DNA of 64,000 nt from contig CADEDC010000002.1 in the NCBI GenBank assembly GCA_902825985.1, positions 23,226 through 87,225 of the forward strand. Reading direction: 5' to 3'. Source of the stretch: an uncultured Acidobacteriota bacterium. GTDB lineage: Bacteria; Acidobacteriota; Vicinamibacteria; Vicinamibacterales; CAVVIG01. The notes under the pieces were generated by a model. It saw only the letters and a program-made list of their open reading frames with translations, did not search any database and was not told where the DNA came from. The position numbers were made by a program, and so were the translations under genes. This document shows, one piece after another, positions 34,820 to 44,340 of this stretch (position 1 is the stretch's first letter; each line of letters opens with the position of its first letter).

Positions 34820-36722
34820 TCCAGAGCTCCTGTCCGGCGTCGAGCACCTGACTCGCCCACCCTTCGAAGACGAACAGCATCCACACCTGCCGCCACACGC
34901 CGTCGTCGCCGCCGTAGAAGCGCCGGACGAGTCGGTCGGCCGCGGTCGGGTCGAAGACGCCGCGCCGGGCCAGCCGGGTCGGACTCAGCAGGTCGCGGAC
35001 CATCGGCTCGAGCGAGCGCCGCATCCAGACGCCGGTCGGCAGGCCGAAGCCCATCTTCGAACGGTAGAGCACGTCCTCCGGCAGCAGCGGCCGCAGGGCG
35101 CGTTTCAGGATCCACTTGCCGACGCCATCGCGGTACTTCATCTGCCATGGTATCCGCGCCAGGGCGGCGCCATAGTCGGGGTCGAGGAACGGGACGCGCA
35201 CCTCCAGCGAGTGCGCCATCGACATCGCGTCGATGTCGCGCAGCAGCACGTACGAGAGGTAGGCGCGCTGTTCCAGGCGCAGCAGCCAGTCGCCCGGGCG
35301 GTCGGGATCCGGCGGGATGTCACCCAGCAGGAAGCGGGTGGCCTGGACGCTCTCGCCCGCTGCCCGGCGGAGCGCCGGCGCCATCATCGGCTCGCGCTGA
35401 TCGGCCCCGAACATCGCGATGCCGGAGGACGACAGATAGTGGCCGTCCAGCAGTGCGTGGACGCGAAGTGCCTCCACCAGACGTGCCGCCGCCGGCCACA
35501 GATCGCTGACGTCGCAGCCGGCCAGGCGGTCGGCGATCCAGCGGACGTAGCCGGCCGGCAGGGCGCGCAGGTCCCGTCCCTGGGCGTGCCGTTCGAGCAG
35601 CCGGCCGTCGCGGGCGTAGCCGAGCATCAGTTCGTCGGCGCCGGTGCCCGACAGGGCGACAGTGACGTGCTGTGCCGCCGCGTACGACACCCAGTACGAG
35701 TTGATGCCGTCCGCGGTCGGCTGGTCCATCGCCGACAGCGTGTGTGGCATCGCCTCGCGAAACATCGCTTCGCTCAGGACGAACTCCTGGTGCGTGGTGC
35801 CGTACCGTTCGGCAACGGTGCGCGCCCACGGCCACTCCGACAGCGTCGACTCGTCGGGCCCCTGGAAGCCGACGGAGAAGGTTTTCAGGGGATGGCTCGT
35901 GCATTCCGACGCCAGGGCGACGAGCGCACTCGAATCGACGCCGCCCGACAGAAACACTCCGAGCGGACGTTCCGACATCATCTGCCGCTTCACCGCCGTG
36001 CGCAGCCCCTCGAGCGTCACCGCCGCCGCCTCCGCTTCGGAGGTGATCGGCGAAGCGACTTCGCGCGGCGGCGTCCAGTAGGTGTGCAGGTTCAGCTCGC
36101 CGCGACGATGGACGGCCAGGCGGCCGGGCGGCAGCGCCCGGACGTCCCTCAGCATGGAGAGCGGTGGCGGGACGGCCTGATAGACGAGATACTGGCCGAC
36201 CGCCTCGGCGTCGACCTCGCGCGAAATCCGGCCGCTGGCGAGCAGCGCCTTCAGCTCGGAGGCAAAGAGCAGGTGTCGCCCCTGCACGGCGTAGTACAGC
36301 GGCTTCACGCCGTGGTGGTCGCGCGCCAGGATCAGTTCGCCGGCCCGCGCGTTCCAGAGGGCGAAGGCGAAGATGCCATTCAGCTGCTCGACGGCCGCCG
36401 AGCCGCGCTCCTCGTACAGATGGAGGATGACCTCGCCGTCGGTCTGCGTGCGGAAGCGGTGGCCGCGGCCTTCGAGATGGCGGCGCAGCTCGCGATGGTT
36501 GTAGATTTCGCCATTGAACACGAGGTGCAGCGTCTCGTCCTCGTTGCTCAGCGGCTGATGGCCGCCGGCCACGTCGATGATCGACAACCGCCGGAAGCCA
36601 AGGCCGACCCGCTCGTCGAGATGGAAGCCGTCATCGTCGGGACCGCGATGCACCATCGCCGCCGCCATGCGCCCGAGCACATCGCGGTCGGGCTGGCCGA
36701 CCATTCCACAGATGCCACACAC
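34803..36722 (-). CDS. Asparagine synthase (glutamine-hydrolysing)-family amidotransferase
   Basis: 639 aa. N-terminal MCGICG (Ntn Cys2), the glutaminase domain, and the PP-loop FLSGGVDSS. Confidence 0.9.
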   Translation of the reverse strand: MCGICGMVGQPDRDVLGRMAAAMVHRGPDDDGFHLDERVGLGFRRLSIIDVAGGHQPLSNEDETLHLVFNGEIYNHRELRRHLEGRGHRFRTQTDGEVILHLYEERGSAAVEQLNGIFAFALWNARAGELILARDHHGVKPLYYAVQGRHLLFASELKALLASGRISREVDAEAVGQYLVYQAVPPPLSMLRDVRALPPGRLAVHRRGELNLHTYWTPPREVASPITSEAEAAAVTLEGLRTAVKRQMMSERPLGVFLSGGVDSSALVALASECTSHPLKTFSVGFQGPDESTLSEWPWARTVAERYGTTHQEFVLSEAMFREAMPHTLSAMDQPTADGINSYWVSYAAAQHVTVALSGTGADELMLGYARDGRLLERHAQGRDLRALPAGYVRWIADRLAGCDVSDLWPAAARLVEALRVHALLDGHYLSSSGIAMFGADQREPMMAPALRRAAGESVQATRFLLGDIPPDPDRPGDWLLRLEQRAYLSYVLLRDIDAMSMAHSLEVRVPFLDPDYGAALARIPWQMKYRDGVGKWILKRALRPLLPEDVLYRSKMGFGLPTGVWMRRSLEPMVRDLLSPTRLARRGVFDPTAADRLVRRFYGGDDGVWRQVWMLFVFEGWASQVLDAGQELWNAAAA

Positions 36723-36743
36723 CGGGGTCGTCCTTCCTGCCGT

Positions 36744-38066
36744 CTACAGGCTCGCCAGGCGCAGCAACGGCGCGAATTCTTCCAGGATGCCGGACGCGAC
36801 GAAGTCCCTCGCCTTGACGAGACCGGCGGCGGACAGCTGCGTCGAGATCGCCGGCAGGCCGTGCAGCGACGCGATGATGACGTGGTCGTAGGAGTCGCGC
36901 CGGAGCTCGGCGAACGCGGTCACCAGGTGTCCGCCCAGCCGCTGCCCCTGCTTGGCCGGGTCGTTGTCGACCACCCCGACCACCCGGTGCGACACGCCAA
37001 TCGCCGCCAGGCGATCCAGCGCCTGCTGGCCGCCGGCCCCGGCGCCGAAGATCACCAGACGCTTGTCACGGAAGTCCGGTAGCGCCTTGAACAACGGCCG
37101 GGTGCCGCTCGAGTCCTTGATGGCGCGCACCGAGGTCGGGAAGTCGAGCAGTTCCGCCTCGCGCAGGCCGCCCTCGCGGCACCACTCGACGACCCGCGTC
37201 GGCGAGCAGTCCTTGTCCTGGTAGACCGGCGAGTACCAGTCGAAGGTGTCGAGCACCCGCCAGTGCCAGTCGGCGTGCATGTTGACCGGCAGCACCCGCG
37301 GCAGCAGGGAGAACGGCGCGTGTGCCATGGCGGGCAGCCGATAGAGCGGGTAGAACACCCGGCAGATGAACGACGACCAGGCGTAGATGGCCCGGTTCGG
37401 CAACGGCCGGAGCAACCGGCGCCAGAAGTCGGTGGCGCGGTTGTACAGCCGGTCGGTGTAGTAGTAGAGCCACACGGCGATGGCCCCGCCTTCCTTCAGG
37501 TGCCGTGGCAGCGACAGGAAGGCTTCGCGCGTGTCCCGGGTGTGATGCAGCACACCGAGCGAGAAGATCACGTCGAAGACCTCCCGGCGAAACGGCAGGT
37601 GGAAGACATCCGCCTGGATGACGTCGACGTTGTCACGGCCGCCGACGTTGTTCTGGGCCGCTTCGACGGCGAACGAGAAGTCGATCCCGACCGTGCGGGC
37701 TCCCCAACGCGAGGCGATGTCGAGGAAGCGGCCGGCGCCACACCCGACGTCGAGCACCCACTTGCCCTTGAGGTCGGCCGGCGCGAACCCGGTCTTGTGG
37801 GCGAAGGCCTCTTCGGACACCCGGCTCCCATTGGCCGAGTCGACCTGCACGCGGTTCCATTTGTTCCACTCGTAGGAGAAGCTGCCGACGTAGCCGTCGT
37901 GGCTGACGAACCGCGGCACGCCGCGGACGATCGGATAGCGCGCCTGGCACCCGGTGCAGCCGAGCGCTCCCTCGAGCACCACGGCGGTCGGGCGCGCGGT
38001 GTCGAGCAGCGTCAGATCGTGCTGGCACGTCGGACAGCACAGGATGTCGAGCAGGTCGGTCTTCAT
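36744..38066 (-). CDS. Class I SAM-dependent methyltransferase with N-terminal Trm112-like Zn-ribbon and C-terminal Rossmann-like domain
   Basis: Trimmed; the ATG at 38066 overlaps the upstream stop. 440 aa. CCPTCQ...CTGCQARYPIVRGVPRF, the SAM motif VLDVGCGAGRFL, and the C-terminal RLVIFGAGAGGQQALDRL. Confidence 0.8.
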   Translation of the reverse strand: MKTDLLDILCCPTCQHDLTLLDTARPTAVVLEGALGCTGCQARYPIVRGVPRFVSHDGYVGSFSYEWNKWNRVQVDSANGSRVSEEAFAHKTGFAPADLKGKWVLDVGCGAGRFLDIASRWGARTVGIDFSFAVEAAQNNVGGRDNVDVIQADVFHLPFRREVFDVIFSLGVLHHTRDTREAFLSLPRHLKEGGAIAVWLYYYTDRLYNRATDFWRRLLRPLPNRAIYAWSSFICRVFYPLYRLPAMAHAPFSLLPRVLPVNMHADWHWRVLDTFDWYSPVYQDKDCSPTRVVEWCREGGLREAELLDFPTSVRAIKDSSGTRPLFKALPDFRDKRLVIFGAGAGGQQALDRLAAIGVSHRVVGVVDNDPAKQGQRLGGHLVTAFAELRRDSYDHVIIASLHGLPAISTQLSAAGLVKARDFVASGILEEFAPLLRLASL

Positions 38067-39811
38067 CGGTTCTCTCCTTCGGCGACCGTGCACCAGGTCG
38101 CCGCATGGTTCGGCATGCACCGGCGGCGCGCCGGCGGGCGCTCCGTCGACTCGTAGAGGGCCAGCCAGTCCGCGACCATGCGTTCGGCCGTGAACTGCTC
38201 GAGGCAGCGGCGCCGCAGTGCCGCCGCACGCTCGCGTGCCAGGTCGGGCATGGTGAAGACGCGCCCGAGCGCGCCGGCACCGGCGGCGACGTCACCGACT
38301 GGAAACCGCGAGTCGCCGTCGGTGACGAGGTCGAGCACGCCGCCGACGGCACTGCAGACCACCGGGACACCCAGCATGCCGGCTTCGAGGACGACGTTCG
38401 GAAATCCCTCCCGCCGCGAGGCGAGCACGAGCGCGTCGAGACCGCCGATTACGGCCAACGCGTCCTGTCGCGCGCTGAGAAACGAGACCGCGCCGTCGAG
38501 CCGCAGCTCGGCGGCCAGCCTCCGCAGGCCGGCTTCGCACGGTCCGTCGCCGACGATCACCGCGTGACACGCCAGTCCCCGCGCAATCGTGGCATGGACG
38601 ATACGCAGGAACGTCGCGTGCCCCTTCTCCTCGGACAGGCGGCCGACGCTGCCAACGAGCGGCACATCCGCTGGCAGCTGCAGTTCGGCGCGCAGGCGGG
38701 CGCGGGCATCAGGACCGACCGCCGCCAGCCTGGCGGGGTCGAGGCCGTTGTGGACGACCGCCAGCCGACGCGCCGGGAACCACGCCCAGCGGGCGTGATC
38801 GGCGGCCAGTGACGTGGCATTGACCGTCACGCGCGTCGCGATGCGCGATGCCAGCATGTCGGCCGGGCGAAACCACCACTGGCACCATTGCGGGAAGTGT
38901 CCCGGGTTGAAGCTGCGGATCGACATGACGATCCGCGGCACGCCGGCCAGCCGGGCGGCCGCCGTCCCGCACATGTTCGGCAGCGTCAGCCAGGTGTGCA
39001 CGACGTCGTAGGCGCCGCGGCGGCAATGATCGGCGATGGCGTCGATCACCGTGTCGTCGTGCGCCAGCGAACGCCGGATGACATGCACGGGGACGTCCGG
39101 CCGCGAGAACCGGTTGCGTGAGAACTGTCCGTCGTCGGCGAGCACCAGCACCGACACGTCGTAGCGATCCGGCGGCGTGCGGTTGACGAGTTCGGCGCAC
39201 TGCGTCTGCGCGCCGCCGAGTCCGAGACTGTTGATGACGTGCAGCACCCGGAGCCGCCGGCCGCGTGGCTGGCGTGGCGGCGACCGCCGCGTCAGCAGCG
39301 CCCGCACCATCTGACTGAGGAGGATGAGCGGCTCCGGCGTCCGCAGCGTCCGCGCCACCGCCCGCGTGATCACCCGGCGGCGTCCGAGGATGGTGCCGTA
39401 GGTGCCGCCCGGCGCGATGACGGTGGCGGGTGCGCCGATTGCCGCGGCGAGCCGCAGCAGGTTCTCCGAGCCGACCAGCGTCTCCCCCATGATCGGGATG
39501 ACGACGGCATCGAACTGCAGGGCCCGCAGGCGCCACAGCCGGCGCATGCCGATCGACCAGGGGCCGAGCCGCCGGGCGTCGTGCGCGATCACGTGCTGTG
39601 CGCCGGCGGCACGGGCATCGCCGGCGAATTCCGGCTGCGTCAGCACCCAGCTCTCGGTGCCCGGGCTCATCTCCTGAACGAGCGCCAGCGCCGCCTGGAA
39701 CTGCGGCAGGCGGCAGCTGCGCGTCACGAGCACGCGGCGCCATGGCCGCGGGCCGACCGACGGCGGCATCGCCGCCCGCTGTTGCTGTGCCGTCGTGTTC
39801 TGTCTGTGCAT
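38063..39811 (-). CDS. GT4-like glycosyltransferase with ~180-aa N-terminal extension of unknown function
   Basis: Trimmed from ORF 38063..40051; start at 39811 (MHRQNTT). 582 aa. The GT4 part starts at LRVLHVINSLGLGGAQTQ and ends with ASRREGFPNVVLEAGMLGVPVV. The N-terminal part resembles 34325..34819. Confidence 0.8.
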   Translation of the reverse strand: MHRQNTTAQQQRAAMPPSVGPRPWRRVLVTRSCRLPQFQAALALVQEMSPGTESWVLTQPEFAGDARAAGAQHVIAHDARRLGPWSIGMRRLWRLRALQFDAVVIPIMGETLVGSENLLRLAAAIGAPATVIAPGGTYGTILGRRRVITRAVARTLRTPEPLILLSQMVRALLTRRSPPRQPRGRRLRVLHVINSLGLGGAQTQCAELVNRTPPDRYDVSVLVLADDGQFSRNRFSRPDVPVHVIRRSLAHDDTVIDAIADHCRRGAYDVVHTWLTLPNMCGTAAARLAGVPRIVMSIRSFNPGHFPQWCQWWFRPADMLASRIATRVTVNATSLAADHARWAWFPARRLAVVHNGLDPARLAAVGPDARARLRAELQLPADVPLVGSVGRLSEEKGHATFLRIVHATIARGLACHAVIVGDGPCEAGLRRLAAELRLDGAVSFLSARQDALAVIGGLDALVLASRREGFPNVVLEAGMLGVPVVCSAVGGVLDLVTDGDSRFPVGDVAAGAGALGRVFTMPDLARERAAALRRRCLEQFTAERMVADWLALYESTERPPARRRCMPNHAATWCTVAEGENR

Positions 39812-39992
39812 CTCGTCGTCCGTACGACAGTCACGTGTCGGCGGTCCGATACGCGAACCGGCCGCGACTTCACAGTGGTGCCCGCCGTGGCTCCCGACAC
39901 CCTCGCCCGGAGCCCGGAACCGCCGCGATATCCGGCGGGCCGCTCGGGCTGCCGCCTCCCTGAGGGCAAGAACGCCGCCAGCCGGCCCACCG

Positions 39993-40008
39993 TGGCGTTG
40001 TCCTTGCT
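39993..40008 (+). promoter_or_regulatory. Candidate sigma-54 promoter for the + strand GT gene
   Basis: TGGCGTTGTCCTTGCT matches TGGCAC-N5-TTGCW at TGGC and TTGCT with correct spacing. GGAGG at 40021-25 and the ATG at 40029 follow. Confidence 0.35.
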
Positions 40009-40028
40009 TTCGGAGGTCCCGGAGGCAC

Positions 40029-41306
40029 ATGCCAGAGACCGTCGTCGTCATCGGGAACCCGGCGTCCGTGTTCGTTCAGGCGCCGGTGCGCTACTGGCGA
40101 AACCTCGGTGTCGACGCCGTCATCGTCACCGGCCGCTGGCCGTCGGCATCGGTCGCCGACGGCCTGCCGGTGATCTCGGCCGAGGCGCTCGCGCCGGCAG
40201 CCGCCCGGCGCGCCGCCGATGCCACCGTTCCGCTGCTCACCGGTGTCGATGCCACGGTCGCCCGCCATGAAGCGGGCCGAGTGCGGGACGCCCTGCGCAC
40301 GTGGGGGCATGGCGCCGTCCAGCCGTCGCTGGCGCCACCCATGCGGGACGCGCTGCTCATCGCGGCGGCGGTCGAGACGCTGCAACCGGCGGCAGTCCTG
40401 GGTCATGAGGCGTTCGCCTACGGACTGGCGACGCAGCTGGCCCCCGCCCCCCGCCGGGCGCTGTTCGTCTGGGGCGCCGACGTCCTGCACTACGCCTGGA
40501 CGTCCGACGTCGCGTTCGCGATGGTGCGCGAGGCGCTATTGAACGCCGACTACGTCATGACCTGCGCGGAGCCGCTGCGGTCGTTCCTGCACGACCGTTT
40601 CGGACTGCCGCTCGAGCGCATCGCCCTCGTCCACTACGGCGTGGACCGGCGTCAGTTCAGGCGCCGCACCGGGGAGGAGGATGCGCGAATCAGGGCGAGC
40701 CACGGAATTCCGCCCGGGCGGCGGGTCGTGATGAACCTGCGTCGCTATCTGCCCCACTGGGGCGCCGTGCTCGCTGGCGACGTGCTGCTCGCGGTTCTGG
40801 CGGCCCGGCCGGACACGCATGCCGTCCTGCTCGAAGGAGCCGACCGGAGCCCCTGGCTGGAGGCGGCACTGGCGCGCGCCGCGGCGCGGGGCCTGACCGA
40901 CCGCCTGACCGCGATCCGCGGACACGCATCCATGGAGACGGTGGCCGACCTGATGGGCATCAGCGACGTGGCGGTGTCGCTGGTCGATTCGCTCGAGCCG
41001 CTGTCGTGGAGCGTGCTCCAGGCCGTGGCGTCCGGCAGCGCCGTGGTCGTCACCGATCAGTCGACATACAGGAACGAGTCGGCGCGCGGCCTGTCGCTGA
41101 CGCTGGTACCGCCGGGCGAGGCGGATGCGACGGTGGCGGCGGTGCTGACGCAACTGGATGCGGCCGGGCGCACCAGTGGCGCGCCGGGCGCCGGTTTCGT
41201 CGCACGCCACTACGACCAGGACGAGGCGTTGCGGCGACAGCTGCGGATCGTCGCCGGGGCAGCGGCGGCCGAACGGATGCTGCGCCCGCCTACAGCTGCT
41301 GCCTGA
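40029..41306 (+). CDS. GT-B fold glycosyltransferase (GT4-like)
   Basis: Trimmed from ORF 39795..41306. 425 aa. C-terminal DSLEPLSWSVLQAVASGSAVVVTDQ (E-x7-type motif) and the general GT-B layout. Less canonical than the other GTs. Confidence 0.65.
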   Translation: MPETVVVIGNPASVFVQAPVRYWRNLGVDAVIVTGRWPSASVADGLPVISAEALAPAAARRAADATVPLLTGVDATVARHEAGRVRDALRTWGHGAVQPSLAPPMRDALLIAAAVETLQPAAVLGHEAFAYGLATQLAPAPRRALFVWGADVLHYAWTSDVAFAMVREALLNADYVMTCAEPLRSFLHDRFGLPLERIALVHYGVDRRQFRRRTGEEDARIRASHGIPPGRRVVMNLRRYLPHWGAVLAGDVLLAVLAARPDTHAVLLEGADRSPWLEAALARAAARGLTDRLTAIRGHASMETVADLMGISDVAVSLVDSLEPLSWSVLQAVASGSAVVVTDQSTYRNESARGLSLTLVPPGEADATVAAVLTQLDAAGRTSGAPGAGFVARHYDQDEALRRQLRIVAGAAAAERMLRPPTAAA

Positions 41307-44300
41307 GACAGTCGGCCAGCGACTGTTCCTCCGCCCAGGCAACGAAGGCCGGCAGGCGAACACCGTATGGTTGTCCGTTGCTGCGCGGATCCGACCCATC
41401 GCCCGACTTGATGGTCAGCTCGTCCCGCGTCAGCGTCCAGCCGGCCGCCGGGAAGTGCGCCAGCGCCTCGAGCTGTGCCAGGCGCGGCAGCTCGCGGTCG
41501 CCGACGACCACCTGCACCTCGGCCCGTGGGTCTGTGAGATACCAGCGCGCGGCGTCGGTTCGAAAGACCACCGTGCGGAGTTCGCCCGGTTCGCCGGCCA
41601 TCCGCCAGGCCGGCACGTGCCAGATCCGCCGGGGCGTGTGGACGGGTCCGGCCGGCGCCGGCGCCCGTTCCTGCACCGCGTTCGCCCGCACCGCCCACCA
41701 GACGTTCTGCTGATACAGCTCGTGCAGCCGCACCGCGGTCCGGTGCATGGCACCGGCAAGCGGTCCGTCCACGGCGCCGCCGGCCAGGTGCGGCGCACGT
41801 CGGAAGACGACCAGGACGTCGAAGAGCGTCCACGGGAAGCCCCAATGGTCGTCGACGCGGGGCCGCAACGTGTCGTCCAGCACGTAGCCGTGCTGCCAGA
41901 AGCCCGCGGCCCAGTAGGCCAGCGGCCGCGCGAACGGGCTGCCATCCGACGCGCCGGGGATCCGCGACGAGAAGACCACCACGTCGCTGCGCCGCGTGCA
42001 CTCGGCGATGAAGCCGGCGTGCTGTGCCGGCGGCAGTTCCTGCGCGACCTCGAGCGCCAGGCAGAGATCGAAGCGTTCCTGGGGGCCGGCGTCACCAAGG
42101 GACACCCAATCCGCCGCCGGCGGCCACATCCCGGCGTCGCACCGTCTGACCCCCGGGTGCACGGCGGCCGTCGTATCGCGCGGCGTCAGGCCGAGCAGCC
42201 GCTGCGCGCCTCGTCGCTCGAACGCCTGCAACCAGAACCCGGCGCCGCAACCGAGGTCGATGACGCTGCGAGGCTGCAGCTGCTCGGCAATCAGCCCGAC
42301 GAGACGATCGGCGACCGCCGCGTGAGCCGGATCCCACTTCGCCCGATCGATGCCGGCGGGGTCGCTCCTGCGCCGGCCGGCGTCCGCCCGGATGATGCTG
42401 ACCACCGACGACTGATCGGTGAACCGGCGGTAGTCGAGCCACAGATCGGGCCGCTCGCAGAGCAGCGCGTCCACTGCGCGTCGCACCTGCCCGCCGACCG
42501 CCTGTGCGACGCGATCGACGATCACCACGGCGTCGTCGACACCGAGGTCCTGCGCGATCTGCCGCAGCTGCGCCGTCAGATCCTGCGCCGCGTCGCGCAG
42601 CTCGAGCCACCGCAGCGTGTGCGTCTGGCCGAGGGCGGCGACGCACCCGGCGTCGGCCGCGCTCAGGCCGATCAGTCTGGCGTCCGGCGGCGCCGTGGTC
42701 GGCGTCCTGGACGGCGGACGGTCAACGGCCGGCGGCGGCGGGAGCGCCGCCGCGGTCGCGGGAGCCGACCGACCGAGGGCGCGCTCGATGTCGGCATCCG
42801 TCACCCGCCCGAACTCCCGCCACGCGCGCATCACGTCCGCGGTGACGGCAGCCGCCGACGGTGACGGGCCGGCGCCGCCCGCGGCCTGCAGGCGCAGCGT
42901 CGTGCGGACCGTCTCTGGAAGCGGTGGCGCATCGCCGAGGACATCGCCGAGGGAGGCGAGGCCGACTGCCGGGCCAACGAGGATGCCGCGGCCGGTGGCG
43001 TTGACGATGCGGCGGCCGGTGGCCCGGCCCGCCTCGGTGACGAGCCAGTCGCGAAACGCGCGCAAGTGGGGCGCCGTGCGCACGGCAACTCCCGCGATTC
43101 CAGGCTCGAGCGTCTCCGGCCACTCGGCCACCCGAGCCGCCCAGCTCTCGTCGAGCGGTCGCCCCCACGCGGCTTCGCGCCGCCAATCTTCCTCGTAGGT
43201 CGTGCCGCGGGCGTACGGCTGCCCCTCGGTGAAGCCGAGGTCGGCGCCGGTGAAGACGATGGGATTGCACCCCAGCTTCAGGGCGAGGTCGAAGGCGGTC
43301 GTCAGCACCGATCCCCACGCCCGCAGGCGGCCGGCATCGACCTGTTGGGCGCGAAGCCACGGCCACGGATGGTGATCGCCGACGCGGAACACGAACAGCC
43401 GGCCGTGAAAGCCGCGCATCGCCTCGCGATCGAGGCTGCCCTCCGCGACCAGCCCGACATGCGGGCACGGCGGCAGATCGACGAGATGCCGCGCGTTGGC
43501 CTCGCCGGGGTCGACGGCGACCACCAGGTCCGGTTCGATCGCCGCCTGCAGCATCGGCCGCAGCGCGGTGTCGGCGGCGATGACAATGGCGCGGGAGCGC
43601 AGCGGTGCCAGCTCCGCGAGGTTGCGGTTCAATGAGGGGCCCGCCGCCACGAGCACGGCAGGCAGCCCGGCGAAGCGATTCGCCAGCCGGTCGACATTCG
43701 CCGCCTGGCAGATGGCGCTGGTGTTGCGCAACGTGTTCAGCAGGTAGCGCCCGCCATTGCGGGCGCGCGCCTCCTGGTTCGCACGCGCGCCGAACCAGGC
43801 CCGCGCCGTCCGCCGCAGCGCCTCTTCGATCAGGAGCGGGTCCAGCCGCGCCATGACCGGGTTGACGATGACGACCGGATCGGCACGATTGGGGGACAGC
43901 GTCGGTGCAACGCGGTCGAGCCCCTCGTAGTCCGGCGCCACGACGATCGACAGCCGTCCGGAGCCGAACCAGTCCCGGCAATCGCGGCGACGCAGGAGTG
44001 CCTCGACGCACGCCGGCTCCGGTTCGAGGGCGACGACCGTCCCGGTCCAGCCCTGTCGATCGAGGACGTCGAGGAGGTAGCCGAGGCCAAGGCCAATCAC
44101 GAACAGCGTCGACGAAGCGGCGGCGTCGACGGCCGCCAGGCTGCGTTCCGCCTCGCGAAGCGGGTCGCGTCGGCTGTGGACCGCGACCCATTGGTCGCCG
44201 TCTGCCATCAGCAGCGCCGGGTGCGGCGGGTTCGCGTCAACCCGGACGCGAGCCGCCGCCGCACCTGCCGGAACCGGCGGCACCGCGGCCGGCCACGCGG

Positions 44301-44340
44301 CCAGGTTGGCGCGGTAGATGGTCTCGGGCGATCCGCTCAT
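41290..44340 (-). CDS. Maf/DUF115 motility-accessory-factor domain fused to a SAM-dependent methyltransferase and a C-terminal unknown domain
   Basis: Trimmed from ORF 41290..44823; the ATG at 44340 overlaps the WbqC stop (ATGA). 1016 aa. DUF115 core LPAVLVAAGPSLNRNL...IVIAADTALRPMLQAAIEPDLVVAVDP. Later the SAM motif VIDLGCGAGFWLQAFERRG. The last ~230 aa are unassigned. Confidence 0.8.
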   Translation of the reverse strand: MSGSPETIYRANLAAWPAAVPPVPAGAAAARVRVDANPPHPALLMADGDQWVAVHSRRDPLREAERSLAAVDAAASSTLFVIGLGLGYLLDVLDRQGWTGTVVALEPEPACVEALLRRRDCRDWFGSGRLSIVVAPDYEGLDRVAPTLSPNRADPVVIVNPVMARLDPLLIEEALRRTARAWFGARANQEARARNGGRYLLNTLRNTSAICQAANVDRLANRFAGLPAVLVAAGPSLNRNLAELAPLRSRAIVIAADTALRPMLQAAIEPDLVVAVDPGEANARHLVDLPPCPHVGLVAEGSLDREAMRGFHGRLFVFRVGDHHPWPWLRAQQVDAGRLRAWGSVLTTAFDLALKLGCNPIVFTGADLGFTEGQPYARGTTYEEDWRREAAWGRPLDESWAARVAEWPETLEPGIAGVAVRTAPHLRAFRDWLVTEAGRATGRRIVNATGRGILVGPAVGLASLGDVLGDAPPLPETVRTTLRLQAAGGAGPSPSAAAVTADVMRAWREFGRVTDADIERALGRSAPATAAALPPPPAVDRPPSRTPTTAPPDARLIGLSAADAGCVAALGQTHTLRWLELRDAAQDLTAQLRQIAQDLGVDDAVVIVDRVAQAVGGQVRRAVDALLCERPDLWLDYRRFTDQSSVVSIIRADAGRRRSDPAGIDRAKWDPAHAAVADRLVGLIAEQLQPRSVIDLGCGAGFWLQAFERRGAQRLLGLTPRDTTAAVHPGVRRCDAGMWPPAADWVSLGDAGPQERFDLCLALEVAQELPPAQHAGFIAECTRRSDVVVFSSRIPGASDGSPFARPLAYWAAGFWQHGYVLDDTLRPRVDDHWGFPWTLFDVLVVFRRAPHLAGGAVDGPLAGAMHRTAVRLHELYQQNVWWAVRANAVQERAPAPAGPVHTPRRIWHVPAWRMAGEPGELRTVVFRTDAARWYLTDPRAEVQVVVGDRELPRLAQLEALAHFPAAGWTLTRDELTIKSGDGSDPRSNGQPYGVRLPAFVAWAEEQSLADCLRQQL

